This document shows, piece after piece, positions 62,101 through 64,000 of a stretch of 64,000 nucleotides of DNA. Source of the DNA: Isurus oxyrinchus (lineage: Eukaryota); assembly GCA_026770705.1 (NCBI GenBank), contig JANJGN010000012.1:45880001-45944000 (forward strand), read 5' to 3'. The notes beneath the pieces were generated by a model, which was given only the letters and a program-made list of their open reading frames with translations, searched no databases and was not told the DNA's origin. Position numbers and translations under genes: made by a program. Each line of letters begins with the position of its first letter. Positions within the stretch are counted from its first letter, which is position 1.

Positions 62101-63583
62101 ATTGCCTAAACACTGGCACAAAATAATGACTGAAGATAACAAAGAGTACTCGCTGATTTTTGACCCAGTACAAAATACATTTGCATTAGTCAGGGGTTAG
62201 CCTTCTGCCTGCTTTGACACATGATTTCAAAATTCTAGGCTTCAAAGTTCCATTTGTCGTGCAAATGGCTGACAAGTGGCTCCAGCAGCTGTCTAAACGA
62301 ATACACTATAACTTGCAGTATTATTCCAGTGTCACTCATTGAAGTGCTATTTTCCCACTGACTGAAATAAAGATACTGTTTCAGCATGCTTGCCTCTGGG
62401 TCAGAAGTTAGTGAGCTAAGCAGTTAACTCTAGGGCAAGATTTCAGTGCTGTAGTGGCAAAAGTGTTGCATTGTCTGAAATGTCATCTTTTGGATATGAT
62501 TCACCAATGTTTCTCCATGTCTGATGAGTTATGGATGCAAAAGATCCCATGGCAGTACTTGAAGAGTAGAGAGCTCTCCATTGTCCTGGCCAACATTTAT
62601 CTTTCAACCATCATCACCAAAAATAGATGATTTTATCATTTGTTCATTTGTGCATCCTTGCTTTGCACAAGCTGGCTGTGTGTCCATCTATAACATGAGT
62701 ATATTTCAGAAAGATTCATTGCTTATAAAGCGCTGATATAGCGCCAGATAAATACAAATACATTTGTTTACCCGTTTTGAGGCAGATTGCCACGAGCAGA
62801 GAATTCTGTACCATTTGGAGACTCCTGCATATTAAACAGTAGTAGATATCACATCACTAACTCTTGGTACCAATTCAGTTTTTTGTAATTTCAATTTGTA
62901 TTTTTTTTTAAATAAATAAATCATAAAAAAACTACCACTCTGATTAATTCAGTTAAATATTGTGTGCTGCAATACAAAACTAAATTGGTACTAAGAACTA
63001 GACATTGCAGTATATCTCTCTGAACTACTGTAAGATAGGTACACAGAAAATTAATATACAAGTGTAACATAATATAAATCTGCTTGAATAATGGTAATTG
63101 TCACCTCCTAATTATTACCCAATGTTTGATCTTGATCTTTTCAAAATCCACAACGGCCAAACTGTAATCATTGTACACAGCAGGCACCATGCAATACCTA
63201 ATTATTTAGATAAGTAATTGAACGAAGTGGAAAGGGGCAAAAATGGCATCCAGATATAGAGGATTAATTTCCTAAAATTGATAAGCAAAAACACAACCAA
63301 TTATACAACCTGAATAAGATGTAATTGTAATCTTTGGTTGCTTATTGGTCAGTACCAAAAGGCCCTCTAGTGGTGGAAGTGATGCACAATGTTAGAAGAC
63401 ACAAGATATCTTCATTGAATTAGTCAATTTGCAAGATTAATTTAACCAAGTAGTCCATGCAGCTCTCCTGATGGTAAATACAAATTGCAGTGCTTTGTAA
63501 AAACAAAGTTTTGTTCTTGGAGAATCTCACTTTTATCAGCTGCTAGAGAGAAGGCACAGAGCAGTAGGAACCAGGTGAACACC

Positions 63584-63770
63584 TCATATGTAACTCAACA
63601 CTGGCACTTTTGAACCAGGCACAAGGACGTTGAAGGTTGTTCCTTCAACAAACTCAAACACGATATCAGTGTCAATGTAGATTGCTGGATGGAGATCCTC
63701 CTCAAATTCAGTAAGGACTCTCGTCATCATCTGGCTGAGAAGTCTATTCCAGGAACACACTTTCCAATAG
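63584..63770 (-). CDS. Probable terminal coding exon of an unidentified gene
   Basis: Acceptor TTTTACAG, phase 2, 61 codons YWKVCSWNRLLSQMMTRVLTEFEEDLHPAIYIDTDIVFEFVEGTTFNVLVPGSKVPVLSYI then TGA. It is followed by ~3 kb of repeat-poor AT-rich sequence with a minus-strand AATAAA at 60421-60426. Confidence 0.6.
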
Positions 63771-64000
63771 CTGTAAAATGATCAGGAGCTAAATACTTAT
63801 TGTACATTAATGACCCATGAAGCAAAATAATCTGTACCTGATGTCTTAGAGCCACACTAAACTGGTACCTCCTCTTCTGAGTTGCCTCTCACTCCCAATC
63901 ACCAAAAACTTTAGCAGCACTGATATAATCAATGAAGGTTCACACTTAGTGCACAGGGGACAGTAGCAAAATTACAATTCTCATTTCAAAGACTTCTTGT

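Noticed and set aside
1-64000. CRISPR arrays, rRNA, bona fide tRNA genes or prokaryotic operons
   Set aside because: None seen. The tRNA-like boxes belong to SINE/LINE heads, and the sequence is eukaryotic.

Overview
Vertebrate genomic DNA, most consistent with a cartilaginous fish (cluster-type Ig locus, abundant CR1 LINEs and Penelope elements; species not determinable from sequence). The window holds two tandem, same-orientation Ig light-chain clusters of sigma-like isotype (octamer promoter-leader-V-12RSS / 23RSS-J / C; ~5.2-13.5 kb and ~36.0-42.1 kb), both pseudogenised by different lesions. It also has an inverted truncated third V (35.7-35.9 kb) and an orphan degenerate C (52.7-53.0 kb). 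Most of the rest is nested mobile DNA: CR1 LINEs, a second APE-RT LINE family with a tRNA-SINE-like head, Penelope-like elements (PLEs) with 12-14 bp TSDs and minimal hammerhead ribozyme motifs, LTRs, and PIF/Harbinger remnants. The last coding exon and probable 3' UTR of an unidentified minus-strand gene lie at the right end. The most striking item is a TSD-flanked 233-bp fold-back insertion (4382-4614) with ~28 same-strand A>G changes in both arms, which looks like an ADAR-hyper-edited dsRNA that was reverse-transcribed into the germline. All alignments and counts were done by eye.
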